Source: Acidimicrobiia bacterium (lineage in GTDB: Bacteria; Actinomycetota; Acidimicrobiia; Acidimicrobiales; JBBSGY01). Taken from it: a stretch of DNA of 62,232 nucleotides. The position numbers and the translations under genes are program-made. The DNA lies in the NCBI GenBank assembly GCA_039812705.1, contig JBDIBA010000005.1, positions 1 through 62,232 of the forward strand, given 5' to 3'. This document shows, piece after piece, positions 34,955 to 45,936 of the stretch. How positions within the stretch are numbered: position 1 is the first letter of the stretch; each line of letters starts with the position of its first letter. Below the pieces are notes generated by a model, which searched no databases, was not told the origin of the DNA, and was given only the letters and a program-made list of their open reading frames with translations.

Positions 34955-36973
34955 CTAGTTGTTGGAGGTGTTGCTTTCCCCGGTGCTTGGGCCGAGGGCG
35001 ACTACGCCGTCGCGTACTTCGTTTGTGCTGCGCAGTGGAGCAGTGAAGTGTCGCTCGCGCTTCTCGGGGTGAACGGAGGTTCCGAAGGCTTCGTCGACGA
35101 GGCGGGCGACTTCTTCACCGTCAATCGTTTCGTGTTCCAAAAGGGCCTTGGCAACGGCCTTGAGGCCACCCAGGTGGGTGGTCAGCTGGTCGGTGGCTCG
35201 CACTTCGGAATCGCGGAGGATCTTGTTCATTTCCGCGTCGACGATCGAAGACGTCTGCTCGCTGAACTTGGAACCCGAATGAAGCAGGTCGTCGCCGAGA
35301 AAGACTTCGCCTTCACCGCCCCATGCAGCCGGACCAATCTTGTCGCTCATTCCCCATTGGGTAACCATCTTGCGCGCAAGGTTTGTGTTGCCCTCAAGGT
35401 CATTGCTGGCTCCCGTTGAAAGATCGCCATAGATGAGCATTTCGGCAACGCGACCGCCCATGCGCACGGCAAGGCTGTCCTCGATAGTGGCGCGCTTGTA
35501 AATGTGGCGTTCTTCGATTGGAACCTGTTGGGTGACGCCAAGTGCCATGCCCGTAGGGAGAATCGTCACCTTGTGCAATGGGTCTGCGTTCGGCAACACG
35601 TAAGAAAGGACGGCATGTCCGCCTTCGTGGAATGCAACCCTTTCCTTTTCTTCGTCGCTCAGCACGGTTGATTCGCGACGTTGTCCCATGATCACCCGGT
35701 CGCGCGCGGCTTCGAAGTCCGCCATGTGTACCTGTTGTGCGCCGCGACGAACCGCTTGCAACGCGGCCTCGTTGACGAGGTTTGCAAGGTCGGCACCGCT
35801 CATTCCGGGAACACCGCGCGCGACTAGTTCAAGGTCTACGTCTGGTGAAAGCTTCTTGTCCTTGGCGTGAACCTTGAGAATCGGCAGACGCTCTTCAAGG
35901 TCGGGTAGCGGAACGACTACCTGGCGGTCGAAGCGCCCCGGACGCAACAAGGCCGGGTCCAAAATGTCTGGCCTGTTGGTTGCCGCCATCATCACGACAC
36001 CTTCGGCAGCCTCAAAACCGTCCATTTCACTGAGCATTTGGTTCAGCGTTTGTTCGCGCTCGTCGTGACCGCCGCCGAGACCTGCGCCACGCTTGCGGCC
36101 AATGGAGTCGATTTCGTCAATGAAGACAATTGCAGGTGCCTGACGGCGAGCCGTCTGAAAAAGGTCGCGAACGCGGCTTGCACCAACGCCGACGAACATT
36201 TCCATGAAGTCCGAACCGGTTACCGACATGAACGGCACGCCGGCTTCACCGGCAACTGCACGCGCAATCAGTGTCTTACCGGTTCCCGGAGGGCCGACAA
36301 GGAGAACGCCTTTAGGAATGCGCGCTCCAATTTCTTCGAACTTTTGCGGGTCTTTCAGGAAGTCGACAACTTCGCTGATCTCCTGCTTGGCGGTCTTGTA
36401 GCCAGCCACGTCGTCGAACGTCGTTTTTGGACGTTCGGTTGTGTACACCTTTGCCTTTGACTTGCCGACATTCATGATGCCGTTCATCTGACCTTGCGTC
36501 TGGCGACGCAGCAGCATGAAAAAGAAAATGATGACGCCGAAGAAGAGTAGATATGGGAGTAGTGAGGTCAGCGCGTTGTTCGTCGGGTTTTTGAACGTGA
36601 CTTCGACGTTGTTGTCGCGCAACAGCGACACCTGCTGGTCGGACACAAACACCGGTCCGTTGACGCGGTACTTCTTGTCGCCTTGCTTGTAGGTGATGAC
36701 ACCCGTTGCATTCTCGATGGAAGCAGATGTAACGCGCTGTGCGTTGGAGTCCTTGTTTTGGACGGCTGCAACGAACTCGTCGTAACGGCGAGTGTCCAGC
36801 TTCTCTGCAAGGGCACCCGGCACAAGGAGAACCAGTGCGAGGATTCCAATTGCAACGAAGATCACCCAGCGCATGCTTTGTTCGCCCTCGGGCTTGTTGT
36901 CCCGCTTTTCTTCTTGGGCGTCTCGGGGATCATTGCCGGTATTACGAGAACGAAATGGGCTCTGCCTGCTCAT
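34955..36973 (-). CDS. ftsH: ATP-dependent zinc metalloprotease FtsH
   Basis: It has two N-terminal TM helices, Walker [10 protein letters not shown], Walker B IVFIDEID, an SRH motif and zinc-binding HEGGHA. I set the start at ATG 36973 (the ORF extends to 37063). Confidence 0.93.
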   Translation of the reverse strand: MSRQSPFRSRNTGNDPRDAQEEKRDNKPEGEQSMRWVIFVAIGILALVLLVPGALAEKLDTRRYDEFVAAVQNKDSNAQRVTSASIENATGVITYKQGDKKYRVNGPVFVSDQQVSLLRDNNVEVTFKNPTNNALTSLLPYLLFFGVIIFFFMLLRRQTQGQMNGIMNVGKSKAKVYTTERPKTTFDDVAGYKTAKQEISEVVDFLKDPQKFEEIGARIPKGVLLVGPPGTGKTLIARAVAGEAGVPFMSVTGSDFMEMFVGVGASRVRDLFQTARRQAPAIVFIDEIDSIGRKRGAGLGGGHDEREQTLNQMLSEMDGFEAAEGVVMMAATNRPDILDPALLRPGRFDRQVVVPLPDLEERLPILKVHAKDKKLSPDVDLELVARGVPGMSGADLANLVNEAALQAVRRGAQQVHMADFEAARDRVIMGQRRESTVLSDEEKERVAFHEGGHAVLSYVLPNADPLHKVTILPTGMALGVTQQVPIEERHIYKRATIEDSLAVRMGGRVAEMLIYGDLSTGASNDLEGNTNLARKMVTQWGMSDKIGPAAWGGEGEVFLGDDLLHSGSKFSEQTSSIVDAEMNKILRDSEVRATDQLTTHLGGLKAVAKALLEHETIDGEEVARLVDEAFGTSVHPEKRERHFTAPLRSTNEVRDGVVALGPSTGESNTSNN

Positions 36974-37031
36974 GGCTGGCCATGGTAGGCGCCAACGAAT
37001 CACAAAGTTGGGCCGTAGGATCGAAAGAACA

Positions 37032-37823
37032 ATGGACAACGATCGAATCAGCCCATCTGACACTCAAGAGTTTCCAAGTGAGACCCCGTCGTCGGAGCCA
37101 TCTTCAACCGATGTGAGTGACAACGAACCGCGTTGGGGAATCCCGCCGACAACTCTGGTGCTTGTGATCATTGCCACGGCAATGGTCGGCGTCATGACAT
37201 CGGTTGCAGGTCAATTGGTTGGTTATGCGATCGCTGGTGATGCCGAAGCGTTGGCTGTGAATGTTTGCGGTTCAATTGGATTGTGGATTGGCATCCTTCT
37301 TTTCCCTTATTTGATTGCCCGCAAGCGGTCGGCAAGGCTGCTGGACCTTTGCCGCCTGCATTTCAAGAAGACAGACGTTCCACTGGGCATCGCCGCCGGG
37401 CTTGGCCTTCAGCTGTTGGTGGTTCCTTTGGTGTTTTATCCGATCAGGCTGCTTGCTCCCGATCGATACAAGTCCCTCTCAGACCCAGCCAAGGACATCA
37501 TCTTGGGTTACGCGGGGTGGGAGCTGGCCGTCTTGGTCCTCGTCATTGGAATTGGAGCCCCACTTGTTGAAGAGCTTGTCTTCCGTGGGTTTGTCCAGGG
37601 CGCCATGGCCGAACGGTTCTCGATGGTTGCGGCAGTTATCACCTCGGCGCTGATCTTTGCGGTCTCACATGCCCAGCCCTTGCAGTTCATTGGTCTATTT
37701 GCCGTCGGCATCACGTTGGGTATTTTTCGGGCCAAGTTCAACAGGATTGGGCCCTGTGTAATCACCCATGCGGTGTTCAACATGACAGCCATTGCGCTGC
37801 TTCAGGTGGCCTCTTACCAATAG
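37032..37823 (+). CDS. CPBP family intramembrane glutamic endopeptidase (CAAX/Abi)
   Basis: EELVFRGF, FAVSH and HAVFN motifs in a polytopic protein. I trimmed the start to ATG 37032. Confidence 0.82.
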   Translation: MDNDRISPSDTQEFPSETPSSEPSSTDVSDNEPRWGIPPTTLVLVIIATAMVGVMTSVAGQLVGYAIAGDAEALAVNVCGSIGLWIGILLFPYLIARKRSARLLDLCRLHFKKTDVPLGIAAGLGLQLLVVPLVFYPIRLLAPDRYKSLSDPAKDIILGYAGWELAVLVLVIGIGAPLVEELVFRGFVQGAMAERFSMVAAVITSALIFAVSHAQPLQFIGLFAVGITLGIFRAKFNRIGPCVITHAVFNMTAIALLQVASYQ

Positions 37824-37868
37824 CCGGGTGCGTACGCGCCAATAGCCGGGTGCGTACGCGTCAATAGC
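37817..37868. repeat. 22-nt tandem duplication CCAATAGCCGGGTGCGTACGCG x2 plus a partial third copy
   Basis: The first copy contains the CPBP stop codon TAG (37821..37823). Confidence 0.85.
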
Positions 37869-37925
37869 TCTGGTGGCCGCGACGCGCTCGTGAGCAGGAA
37901 ACTTTGAGATTCGTGCACTCTCGGT

Positions 37926-38174
37926 GTGGATAAGTCTCATATGACCACGCAAAGTGACGATAAGAACCTGTTGCCAAGGAGTGGCACACCAAGACGAGAG
38001 GTGGCACGGATGCCCTGTCCAGTATGCGTGAACAAGAAATTGGTGGAAATCACTCTCAAGTCGGGCGATCGCGAACTCATCATGCGCAGCTGTTCTGCTT
38101 GTGAAACCAAGTGGTGGGAGAGCAACGGCGAGGCAGTAAGCCTCGACGCTGTACTTGGAGCTGTTCGGGTCTGA
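37926..38174 (+). CDS. small zinc-ribbon protein (CPxC...CxxC)
   Basis: 82 aa. MPCPVCVNKKLVEITL..MRSCSACETKWWE. The start may instead be ATG 37941. Confidence 0.6.
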   Translation: MDKSHMTTQSDDKNLLPRSGTPRREVARMPCPVCVNKKLVEITLKSGDRELIMRSCSACETKWWESNGEAVSLDAVLGAVRV

Positions 38175-38208
38175 GCGACTTCCGGGGTTGGGGAGTATTC
38201 CGCTGAAG

Positions 38209-38235
38209 GGGGCATCTGTCTAAGACAGGTGCCCC
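38209..38235 (+). terminator. intrinsic-terminator-like hairpin
   Basis: GGGGCATCTGTC and GACAGGTGCCCC form a 12-bp stem (one G-U pair) around a TAA loop, followed by GTTCGCGTTTCT. Confidence 0.65.
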
Positions 38236-38322
38236 GTTCGCGTTTCTAGGGTCTCGAGGCTCGCTGATTGCTTGGCGGTTTGGGCTTCGCGGATGCTCGG
38301 TAGATGAAAAGCTGGCGCGGTT

Positions 38323-40977
38323 ATGCGATTGCCCCGATTTAGCGTTCCTGCGCTGCCTCAGCTGTTGACAGCAATCGTTGTTCTCTTTGCAACGGTTTTC
38401 ACACTCATCCAACTGCGTCCCGATTTGCTGCTTGCAAACACGACAACGGCAGGCGGTGACATGGGCGCCCACGTTTGGCTCCCCACCTACGTGAGGGACC
38501 ACTTGTTGCCCCACGGTCGACTGACCGGCTGGTCGCCCGATTGGTACAACGGTTTTCCGGCGCTGCACTTCTACTTCCCGTTGCCAACCATCATGATCCT
38601 GCTCTTGGATCTCATCATGCCTACCAATGTGGCTTTCAAGTTGGTGAGCGTTAGTGGAGTGGTGGCGTTGCCGTTTTGCGCCTACCTGTTTGGACGGTTG
38701 GCACGTTTGCCGTTTCCGGTGCCTGCCTGCTTGGCGGCCGGAACCCTTCCGTTTCTTTTCGATACGGGCTTCACGATCTTTGGCGGAAACATTGCCTCCA
38801 CGCTTGCTGGAGAGTTTGCGTTCTCCATCGCGCTTTCGTTGGCAATGGTGTTCCTCGGTGTCGTTGCTAATGGATTGCACAGCAACAAGCGCAAAGCACT
38901 AGCCGCGCTGTTGTTCGGACTCGTTGTTATGAGTCACATCTTGCCGACCATCTTTGCTTTTGTTGGCGGGTGCCTGTTGTTGCTGATGCGCTTCATCACT
39001 GGCAAGCGCGCGGCTCCACGCTCGGCGACCATTGACGGTCTTGACGATCCTTACGTAACCGACGAAGCAAAGGCCGAACACGAACAGCTGGTTCATCAGA
39101 TCGAAGAACAGCTGGACGCAAACAGCACTGTAATGACTGACACAACAGCTGACACGCCAGCTGGCACAACAGCGGTTAGTGGACCGGATGCAGGAAAGCC
39201 AAAGAAGTCGGGCTTAGGTGCAGTGTTGCGCGAGCGATGGATCCCGCTGCGTTGGTCGATTCTGGTTGTCGTGGTCGGCGCAATGTTGGCCTCGTGGTGG
39301 CTCGTTCCGTTTGTTCTGCGCATGGGTTACATGAACGACATGGGCTGGGAAAAGATGCAGCCGCTGCGCGACTCCAGTGGTCAGCTTGTTGCAAGCGCTG
39401 TCGAGCTGTATGGCGAGAAGATCTACACGTACGCCGATGCCTTGTTCCCCAATGCAATGCTTTCGATTGTCGTCTTGGCAACCGTCGGCGCATTGCTTTC
39501 GCTGATTTTCCGTCGACGAATCGGCATCTTCTTCACCGTGCTGACGGCCATTTGGGGTGCGGCTTACGTGTTGGCGCCGCAAGGTCGTCTGTGGAATGCA
39601 CGCTTTCTGCCGTTTTGGTTCTTCTGTCTTTACATGCTGGCCGCGCTGGCAATTGCAGAGTTCGGTTGGGGAATAGCCGACGGTGTGCGTGCGCTACGCA
39701 AAAGGGCGGGGGGTTATTCGCGAGACATTGCAGAAGGCATGGCGCTGGTAAGTCCAGTCGTTGCACTCGCCGCTGCATTCTTGTGGGTTGCGTCTTCACT
39801 GGTTGCACCGAACTGGTGGAAGGTGCCTCTGCACATTTGGCACACTTCCGAATCAACTGACCAAGCGTCGTTCATTCCGGGTTGGGCACAGTGGAACTAT
39901 TCGGGTTACGAACGCAAAGAGGCCTACCCGGAGTTTCAAGCACTCGTGCAGAAGATGGATGAGATTGGCCGCACAAACGGATGTGGTCGAGCCCTTTGGG
40001 AATACGAATCAGAGCTCAACCGCTTTGGAACGCCGATGGCGTTGATGCGTCTCCCGACGCTCACCAAGGGTTGCATTGGTTCTGAGGAAGGTTTGTACTT
40101 TGAGTCCTCGGCGTCGGTGCCGTATCACTTCATGAATCAAAGTGAGTTGTCGGCTGTGCCGTCGCGTGCCATGCGCGGGCTTCCTTATGAAGAGCTCGAC
40201 ATTGCAGGCGGTGTCGACAAGCTGCAGATGATGGGCGTCAAGTACTACATGACGTTCAGTCAGACGGCACAACAAGAAGCTCAGTCAGAACCGCGGCTTT
40301 CGCTGTTGGCAAGTGTTCCTGCTGCGAGCACAAGCGACGGCCAGGAAAGGTCTTGGCAGATCTACGAAGTTGCCGGGTCTGCAATGGTGTCTCCGTTGAC
40401 AAACCTGCCTGTTGTCATGAGCGACGAAGAGTCGCAGCCGCGCATTGCATCAGATGCTGAGAACGAGGGCGAACGCGCAAAGCGAAGCGAGAGCGACATC
40501 TGGTTGGACAACTCGACGACATGGTTTCAAGACTCGTCAAAACACGATGTTGTCTTGGCGGCTGACGGTCCGAAGAACTGGCCGCGCGTCAAGAACGCAA
40601 GCGATGAGCCTCAGCGCGTGGCGGTTGACCCCGTGACGGTGTCGAACATTTCGCAAAGCGATGATCGCATCACCTTTGATGTCGACAAGGTTGGTGTGCC
40701 GGTTCTCGTCAAGATGTCGTATTTCCCGAACTGGCAAGTGTCCGGCGCCGAAAAGGTTTATCGGGTCACGCCAAACTCGATGGTTGTCGTGCCCACCAAG
40801 AACACGGTTTCGCTTCGCTATGGCCGCACGCCTGTTGATTACCTGGGCCTCGGGTTAACGCTGACGGGTATTGGTGGACTTGCTTGGTTGGCCTGGAGTG
40901 CCCGCCGTCGCGGCGAAGAAAATGGCGAAGAAAATGGAGAGGGACAGGCAAACGCCCAGCTCAGAGCGACGTCATAA
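38323..40977 (+). CDS. large polytopic membrane protein with a C-terminal extracytoplasmic domain; GT-C-fold glycosyltransferase candidate
   Basis: 884 aa. It has about 11-13 hydrophobic helices, a first external loop with GGDMGAH, WNYSGYE directly after the last helix of the core bundle, a soluble domain of about 330 aa and a terminal TM helix followed by a GEENGEENGE tail. Confidence 0.7.
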   Translation: MRLPRFSVPALPQLLTAIVVLFATVFTLIQLRPDLLLANTTTAGGDMGAHVWLPTYVRDHLLPHGRLTGWSPDWYNGFPALHFYFPLPTIMILLLDLIMPTNVAFKLVSVSGVVALPFCAYLFGRLARLPFPVPACLAAGTLPFLFDTGFTIFGGNIASTLAGEFAFSIALSLAMVFLGVVANGLHSNKRKALAALLFGLVVMSHILPTIFAFVGGCLLLLMRFITGKRAAPRSATIDGLDDPYVTDEAKAEHEQLVHQIEEQLDANSTVMTDTTADTPAGTTAVSGPDAGKPKKSGLGAVLRERWIPLRWSILVVVVGAMLASWWLVPFVLRMGYMNDMGWEKMQPLRDSSGQLVASAVELYGEKIYTYADALFPNAMLSIVVLATVGALLSLIFRRRIGIFFTVLTAIWGAAYVLAPQGRLWNARFLPFWFFCLYMLAALAIAEFGWGIADGVRALRKRAGGYSRDIAEGMALVSPVVALAAAFLWVASSLVAPNWWKVPLHIWHTSESTDQASFIPGWAQWNYSGYERKEAYPEFQALVQKMDEIGRTNGCGRALWEYESELNRFGTPMALMRLPTLTKGCIGSEEGLYFESSASVPYHFMNQSELSAVPSRAMRGLPYEELDIAGGVDKLQMMGVKYYMTFSQTAQQEAQSEPRLSLLASVPAASTSDGQERSWQIYEVAGSAMVSPLTNLPVVMSDEESQPRIASDAENEGERAKRSESDIWLDNSTTWFQDSSKHDVVLAADGPKNWPRVKNASDEPQRVAVDPVTVSNISQSDDRITFDVDKVGVPVLVKMSYFPNWQVSGAEKVYRVTPNSMVVVPTKNTVSLRYGRTPVDYLGLGLTLTGIGGLAWLAWSARRRGEENGEENGEGQANAQLRATS

Positions 40978-41044
40978 CTCCTGCTTACGGATTTTCGCCC
41001 CACTAGGGTGAGGGCAAGGCCAACTGTCCCAACTAGGAGTTTCC

Positions 41045-42394
41045 GTGGCGCAAATCGACACCGTTTTCAAGGCTTATGACGTTCGAGGAACGGTTCCAGA
41101 CGAACTAGACGCAGACCTCGTTGAAGCAACGGGCGCTGCATTTGCTCACCTCATGAAGCAGGAGGGTGCTCGTCGCGTCCTCATTTGCCGAGACATGCGC
41201 CCGTCGGGTGTTGAGTTTGTCGAGCGCTTCGCAAAGGGTGTTACCGGCCAAGGCCTTGACGTTGTTGACCTTGGCATGGGCTCCACAGACCTCTTGTACT
41301 TTGCTGCGGGCCACCTCGATGCTCCGGGCGCAATGCTCACGGCATCGCACAACCCCGCGCAGTACAACGGAATCAAGCTGTGTCGCGCAGGTGCGCGCCC
41401 GGTCGGTTTGGAGTCGGGCCTCGGGACGATCAAAGACACCATCATCGCCGGCGGTCCAGCAACCGTTGATGCTCCGGGAACGCTCTCTCAACAAGACGTC
41501 ATGGCTGACTTTGTTAACCATGTTCGCTCGTTTGTTGACACGTCAAGCCTTCGTCCTTTGAAGATTGTTGCTGACACTGCAAACGGCATGGGTGGCTTGG
41601 TTGCACCCAAGGTGTTTGAGGGCCTGCCCTTCGATGTCGAGATCATGTATCCCGAACTTGACGGAACTTTCCCCAATCACCCAGCCGACCCCATTCAGCC
41701 GGAGAACCTTGTCGACCTTCAAAAGCGCGTTCTAGAAGTTGGCGCAGACATTGGCCTTGCATTCGATGGCGATGCCGACCGTGTGTTCTTGGTGGACGAC
41801 AAAGCACAGCTGGTTTCAGGTTCCATCACGACCGCAATGGTTGCTGACTCCATTTTGCAAAAGCGCAGCGGCGAAGCCGTTGTTTACAACGTTGTTTGTT
41901 CCAAGACCGTTCCCGAGGTCATTGCAGAGCGCGGCGGCAAGCCAATTCGTTCACGCGTTGGCCACTCGTTCATCAAGGGCTTGATGGCAGAGAACAACGC
42001 AGTGTTTGGTGGCGAGCACAGCGGTCACTACTACTTCCGCGACAACTTCTTTGCAGACTCGGGAATCATTGCCGCAATGATCACTTTGGAAATGGTCTCA
42101 GTGGCAAACAAGCCACTTTCAGAACTACGTGAACCGCTCGAGCGTTACGCAGCATCGGGCGAGATCAACACCAAGGTGTCTGACACCAACCGTGTAATTG
42201 ATTACGTGGCCGAGCAATACAAAGACGCACAACAAGACCGTCTTGACGGACTGACTGTTGACTTTGGTGACTGGTGGTTCTCGCTTCGTCCATCAAACAC
42301 AGAGCCTCTGTTGCGCTTGAATCTTGAGGCGCCGACACGCGAGGAAGTCGACGCGCGCGTTAGCGAGGTTCGAGCCATGTTCGACAAGGCGTAA
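41045..42394 (+). CDS. manB: phosphomannomutase/phosphoglucomutase
   Basis: Active-site TASHNPAQYNGIK and metal loop FDGDADR. The start is GTG. Confidence 0.9.
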   Translation: MAQIDTVFKAYDVRGTVPDELDADLVEATGAAFAHLMKQEGARRVLICRDMRPSGVEFVERFAKGVTGQGLDVVDLGMGSTDLLYFAAGHLDAPGAMLTASHNPAQYNGIKLCRAGARPVGLESGLGTIKDTIIAGGPATVDAPGTLSQQDVMADFVNHVRSFVDTSSLRPLKIVADTANGMGGLVAPKVFEGLPFDVEIMYPELDGTFPNHPADPIQPENLVDLQKRVLEVGADIGLAFDGDADRVFLVDDKAQLVSGSITTAMVADSILQKRSGEAVVYNVVCSKTVPEVIAERGGKPIRSRVGHSFIKGLMAENNAVFGGEHSGHYYFRDNFFADSGIIAAMITLEMVSVANKPLSELREPLERYAASGEINTKVSDTNRVIDYVAEQYKDAQQDRLDGLTVDFGDWWFSLRPSNTEPLLRLNLEAPTREEVDARVSEVRAMFDKA

Positions 42395-42403
42395 CGAGCC
42401 AAC

Positions 42404-42640
42404 GTGATCAACGCTTCGCTTCGCAAGGTCCTTGTTTGTCCGCGTGACAAACAACCTTTGTGGTTTTTTGAAGGTGCAAGCGTGTTTTACAACGAGCGGC
42501 TCGGCGTCGTGTACGAAGTCAAAGACTCGATCGCGGCCTTGTTGCCTGAGTCAGCTCGCGCCGTAACCGATGACGAGCAGCAAAGTTTCGCAACACAGAT
42601 CAAGGCTGGCAATGCAATCCAAACCGGCGTTAAGGAGTAG
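42404..42640 (+). CDS. Trm112 family protein
   Basis: 78 aa. LRKVLVCPRDKQPL...VYEVKDSIAALL. Confidence 0.75.
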   Translation: MINASLRKVLVCPRDKQPLWFFEGASVFYNERLGVVYEVKDSIAALLPESARAVTDDEQQSFATQIKAGNAIQTGVKE

Positions 42641-42643
42641 GCA

Positions 42644-43684
42644 ATGAGCGCAAATCTCGAATCGTTGTTGGCAATGCCAGACCATGCACAGCGCGCATAT
42701 CAGTTCGCGAAGCGGGTTGAAGGGCTGCCCGAGCGCGAGCGAGTTGAGAACATTGTTGTCATCGGTGTCGGTTCTGCGGGCATTGCCGGCGACGTTGTCG
42801 TTGCGGCGGCTGGTCCATACATGGCTGTTCCTGTGACGGTTGTTCGTTCTTATGAAGTGCCGGCGTTTGTCGGTGAAGGTTCGCTTGTCTTTGCGCTTTC
42901 GTTCTCAGGCGACTCCGAAGAAGTTGTTGAAGCGGCAAGCGAAGCGGCTAACCGCGGTGCGCGTGTTGTTGCCGTTACCTGCGGAGGAGAATTGGGTCGT
43001 CGCGCGGGTTTGTGGGGAGCGCCTTGTTTGCGTCTTGCTCGCGAGCTCAGCAGTGGACAGGCAGCAATGATTGCGATGGCCGTGTCGGCGCTGTCGATGC
43101 TCGAAACCATTGGTCTGTTTCCGGGCGCATCGCAGTGGGTTGAAGACGCCGTGACACAATTGCGCGAACGCGTAACTGAATTGTCAGAGCCTGGAAACTT
43201 TGCCGAAAGCATTGCAGAGGACATGGCGGGGCGAACCGTGATGATCCACGCAGCCGGTGCGTTGGGTTGTGCATCTGCATTGCGTTGGAAAACTCAGTTG
43301 AATGCCGTTGCGCAAGTGCCCGCATTTTGGGCGGCGCAGCCTGATGTGTGTTTTCACGAAGTTGCCGGTTGGGGAGCGCGCGGGTTTGGGTCGCTGCAGC
43401 CCTTAACCGACGGGTTGATGAGCAATTGTGTTTTGATCAATCTTCGCCACAGCGAGGAACATCCACAGATTGCGCAGCGGTTTGAGGTTTGTGATCGCTA
43501 CCTTGCGCCATACGTCGGAGCCATTGTTGAAGTCGAGGCAGCCGGTGAAGGCGAGCTTGCTCAAGTGCTTGACCTGATGCTGATCGGTGATTACGTGGCA
43601 ATGGTTGCGGCCAAGGCGTCGGGGTTGACGGGCGAGCCTGCCATCGTGCTTTCCGAACTGAGAATGGCGCTGGCCGAGCGCTAG
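42644..43684 (+). CDS. SIS-domain bifunctional phosphoglucose/phosphomannose isomerase-like protein
   Basis: 346 aa. It has two SIS-like halves ([13 protein letters not shown]; [13 protein letters not shown]). Its position between pmm/Trm112 and ahcY is conserved in actinobacteria. Confidence 0.75.
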   Translation: MSANLESLLAMPDHAQRAYQFAKRVEGLPERERVENIVVIGVGSAGIAGDVVVAAAGPYMAVPVTVVRSYEVPAFVGEGSLVFALSFSGDSEEVVEAASEAANRGARVVAVTCGGELGRRAGLWGAPCLRLARELSSGQAAMIAMAVSALSMLETIGLFPGASQWVEDAVTQLRERVTELSEPGNFAESIAEDMAGRTVMIHAAGALGCASALRWKTQLNAVAQVPAFWAAQPDVCFHEVAGWGARGFGSLQPLTDGLMSNCVLINLRHSEEHPQIAQRFEVCDRYLAPYVGAIVEVEAAGEGELAQVLDLMLIGDYVAMVAAKASGLTGEPAIVLSELRMALAER

Positions 43685-43715
43685 CGAACAGCACATCCAG
43701 CGGTCCGGCCATAGA

Positions 43716-45176
43716 GTGACCGTCATGACTGGTAATCGCGTGCTCAAGGACAACGACTTCAAGGTCGCCGATCTCTCTCTTGCGCAATGGGGTCGCAAGG
43801 AAATTGAGCTGGCCGAAGTCGAGATGCCCGGTTTGATGGCACTCCGCGAGCAGTACGCGGGTGAAAAGCCACTCGCTGGTGCGCGCATTGCAGGCAGTCT
43901 TCACATGACTGTGCAGACGGCTGTGCTCATCGAGACTCTTCACATGCTTGGTGCCGAGTTGCGATGGGTCAGTTGCAACATCTTTTCCACCCAAGACCAC
44001 GCAGCTGCGGCCGTCGTTGTTGGAAACGGAAGCGCCGAGGCGCCAAGCGGTGTTCCTGTGTTTGCTTGGAAGGGCGAGACTCTTGATGAGTATTGGTGGT
44101 GCACCGAGCAACTAATGCGTTGGCCAGAGGGCGCCACCCCAAACATGATTCTTGACGACGGTGGCGACGCGACAATGTTGGTTCACTTGGGTACCGAGTT
44201 TGAAAAACAAGGCGCGGTTCCCAACGCTGGTTCAAACGACAGCGACGAATACCGCATCGTGCTTGAAACCCTCCGTCGCAGTGTTGTGTCAAATGGCAAC
44301 TACTGGACGAACATTGCAAATGGCATTCGCGGCGTCAGTGAAGAGACGACAACCGGCGTGCACCGTCTGCATCAGCGCATGGATGCCGGAACACTGCTGT
44401 TTCCCGCAATCGATGTCAACAACTCCGTCACAAAATCCAAGTTCGACAACCTTTACGGGTGTCGGCACAGCTTGGTCGACGGAATCATGCGCGCGACCGA
44501 TGTCATGCTCGCCGGGAAAGTTGCTGTTGTTTGCGGCTATGGCGATGTTGGCAAGGGCTGTGCGCAGTCATTGCGCGGTCAAGGTGCCCGCGTCATCGTT
44601 ACTGAGATCGATCCGATCAATGCGCTGCAGGCGGCAATGGAGGGCTATCAGGTTTGTGCGCTCGAAGACGTTCTCGACACCGCAGACGTTTTTGTCACAG
44701 CCACTGGAAACATGGGCGTTATTACGGCGGCCGACATGGCACGCATGAAGCACAACGCAATTGTCTGCAACATTGGCCACTTCGATAACGAGATTGAAGT
44801 TGCCGGCCTTACCAGCGCGGGTGCAACGCGCAACGAGATCAAGCCGCAAGTTGATGAGTGGAAGTTTGCCGACGGCCACAGCGTGATTCTCTTGGCCGAG
44901 GGTCGTCTTGTGAATCTTGGTTGTGCAACCGGCCACCCAAGCTTTGTGATGTCGTGCAGTTTCTCCAATCAGGTCATGGCTCAGATTGAACTGTTTGCAA
45001 ACTCGGCCGACTACGAGAACCGCGTTTACACATTGCCCAAAAAACTTGACGAGCAAGTTGCAAGGCTTCACCTTGACAAGCTCGGTGCGAAACTGACACG
45101 CCTTACCGACGCTCAGGCCGAGTACATCGGTGTCGACCCAGACGGTCCGTACAAGCCTGACGCCTACCGTTACTAA
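43716..45176 (+). CDS. ahcY: adenosylhomocysteinase
   Basis: [57 protein letters not shown] and a C-terminal YRY. The start is ATG 43716 or 43725. Confidence 0.93.
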   Translation: MTVMTGNRVLKDNDFKVADLSLAQWGRKEIELAEVEMPGLMALREQYAGEKPLAGARIAGSLHMTVQTAVLIETLHMLGAELRWVSCNIFSTQDHAAAAVVVGNGSAEAPSGVPVFAWKGETLDEYWWCTEQLMRWPEGATPNMILDDGGDATMLVHLGTEFEKQGAVPNAGSNDSDEYRIVLETLRRSVVSNGNYWTNIANGIRGVSEETTTGVHRLHQRMDAGTLLFPAIDVNNSVTKSKFDNLYGCRHSLVDGIMRATDVMLAGKVAVVCGYGDVGKGCAQSLRGQGARVIVTEIDPINALQAAMEGYQVCALEDVLDTADVFVTATGNMGVITAADMARMKHNAIVCNIGHFDNEIEVAGLTSAGATRNEIKPQVDEWKFADGHSVILLAEGRLVNLGCATGHPSFVMSCSFSNQVMAQIELFANSADYENRVYTLPKKLDEQVARLHLDKLGAKLTRLTDAQAEYIGVDPDGPYKPDAYRY

Positions 45177-45327
45177 GTGCCGTTTGCGCAGGGGTGAGGC
45201 CCGGTAACAAGGTCTCGATGTTGCGATTGTGACAATCAGACAAATCCGAAAATGTGCCTGCGTGGTCGGGGTGACTGACGGCTAGGTTTTGGCAACTTTT
45301 CAGGTTTTATCCAGATTGGAGCTTCTA

Positions 45328-45804
45328 ATGAGGTTTTTGTCCGAAGCGTTTTCATCTGCCCGCCAACGGTTCAATCGAACCGGACGCAAGCCCAAAGTGC
45401 TTGCGGCGATTGTTCTTTCGCTAGCCGTCTTGCTGCCTGTTACAACCGTGACGGCGAACGCTGCACAGCAGAGTGCCAACCCGGCAATCAGCTGGCCTGT
45501 CGGTTTGGCGAGTGACCAATGCGGGGACTGGGCTTCTCAGGTGCACTACTGGGCACAGATGCGCGTCACCAAGTACAAAGACGGACGGCGCCGCGTATAT
45601 GTGACCTGGACGCGCCGAGACTCGGCTCGCAACGAAAGCATCCGAATCAAGAGTGTGAAGATTAACGGAAGGGCTCGCGCTGCGTCTCCAGGAGTATTCC
45701 GTGGAGATTCAACCCGCGCTAGCCACAGGGCCACCTTCCAGTGGGTTCACACCGGTGCGGGCGGAAGTACGACGCTGACCTGTTCTGTTTCGGCTTCTGT
45801 CTGA
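45328..45804 (+). CDS. small secreted or membrane-anchored hypothetical protein
   Basis: ATG 45328 follows TTGGAG. It has a hydrophobic segment VLAAIVLSLAVLLPVTTVTANA. I recognise no domain. Confidence 0.55.
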   Translation: MRFLSEAFSSARQRFNRTGRKPKVLAAIVLSLAVLLPVTTVTANAAQQSANPAISWPVGLASDQCGDWASQVHYWAQMRVTKYKDGRRRVYVTWTRRDSARNESIRIKSVKINGRARAASPGVFRGDSTRASHRATFQWVHTGAGGSTTLTCSVSASV

Positions 45805-45865
45805 GGGCCTCGTTGGTTCCCAATAGCCAAACTTAGGTAGCGAATCCAAAGGTTCTGTCGGCAGC

Positions 45866-45906
45866 AGCTCCTGATGACACCTTCTTCGGTGTTGATTTCA
45901 GGAGCT
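45866..45906 (+). terminator. compound stem-loop between the small secreted protein gene and comF
   Basis: The outer stem is AGCTCCTGA/TCAGGAGCT (9 bp). The inner stem is ACACC/GGTGT around a TTCTTC loop. Confidence 0.45.
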
Positions 45907-45936
45907 CTGTCACAGGGCCTTTGTAATTTCTGAAAG

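Noticed and set aside
40912-40935. A 12-nt in-frame tandem duplication (GGCGAAGAAAAT x2) giving GEENGEEN at the C-terminal tail of the 884-aa protein.
   Set aside because: It is trivial slippage in a cytoplasmic low-complexity tail, and I have no functional inference to draw from it.
43685-43725. An SAH riboswitch upstream of ahcY.
   Set aside because: Only about 30-40 nt separate the SIS gene stop from the ahcY start, which is too short for the element. ahcY appears co-transcribed with the upstream genes.
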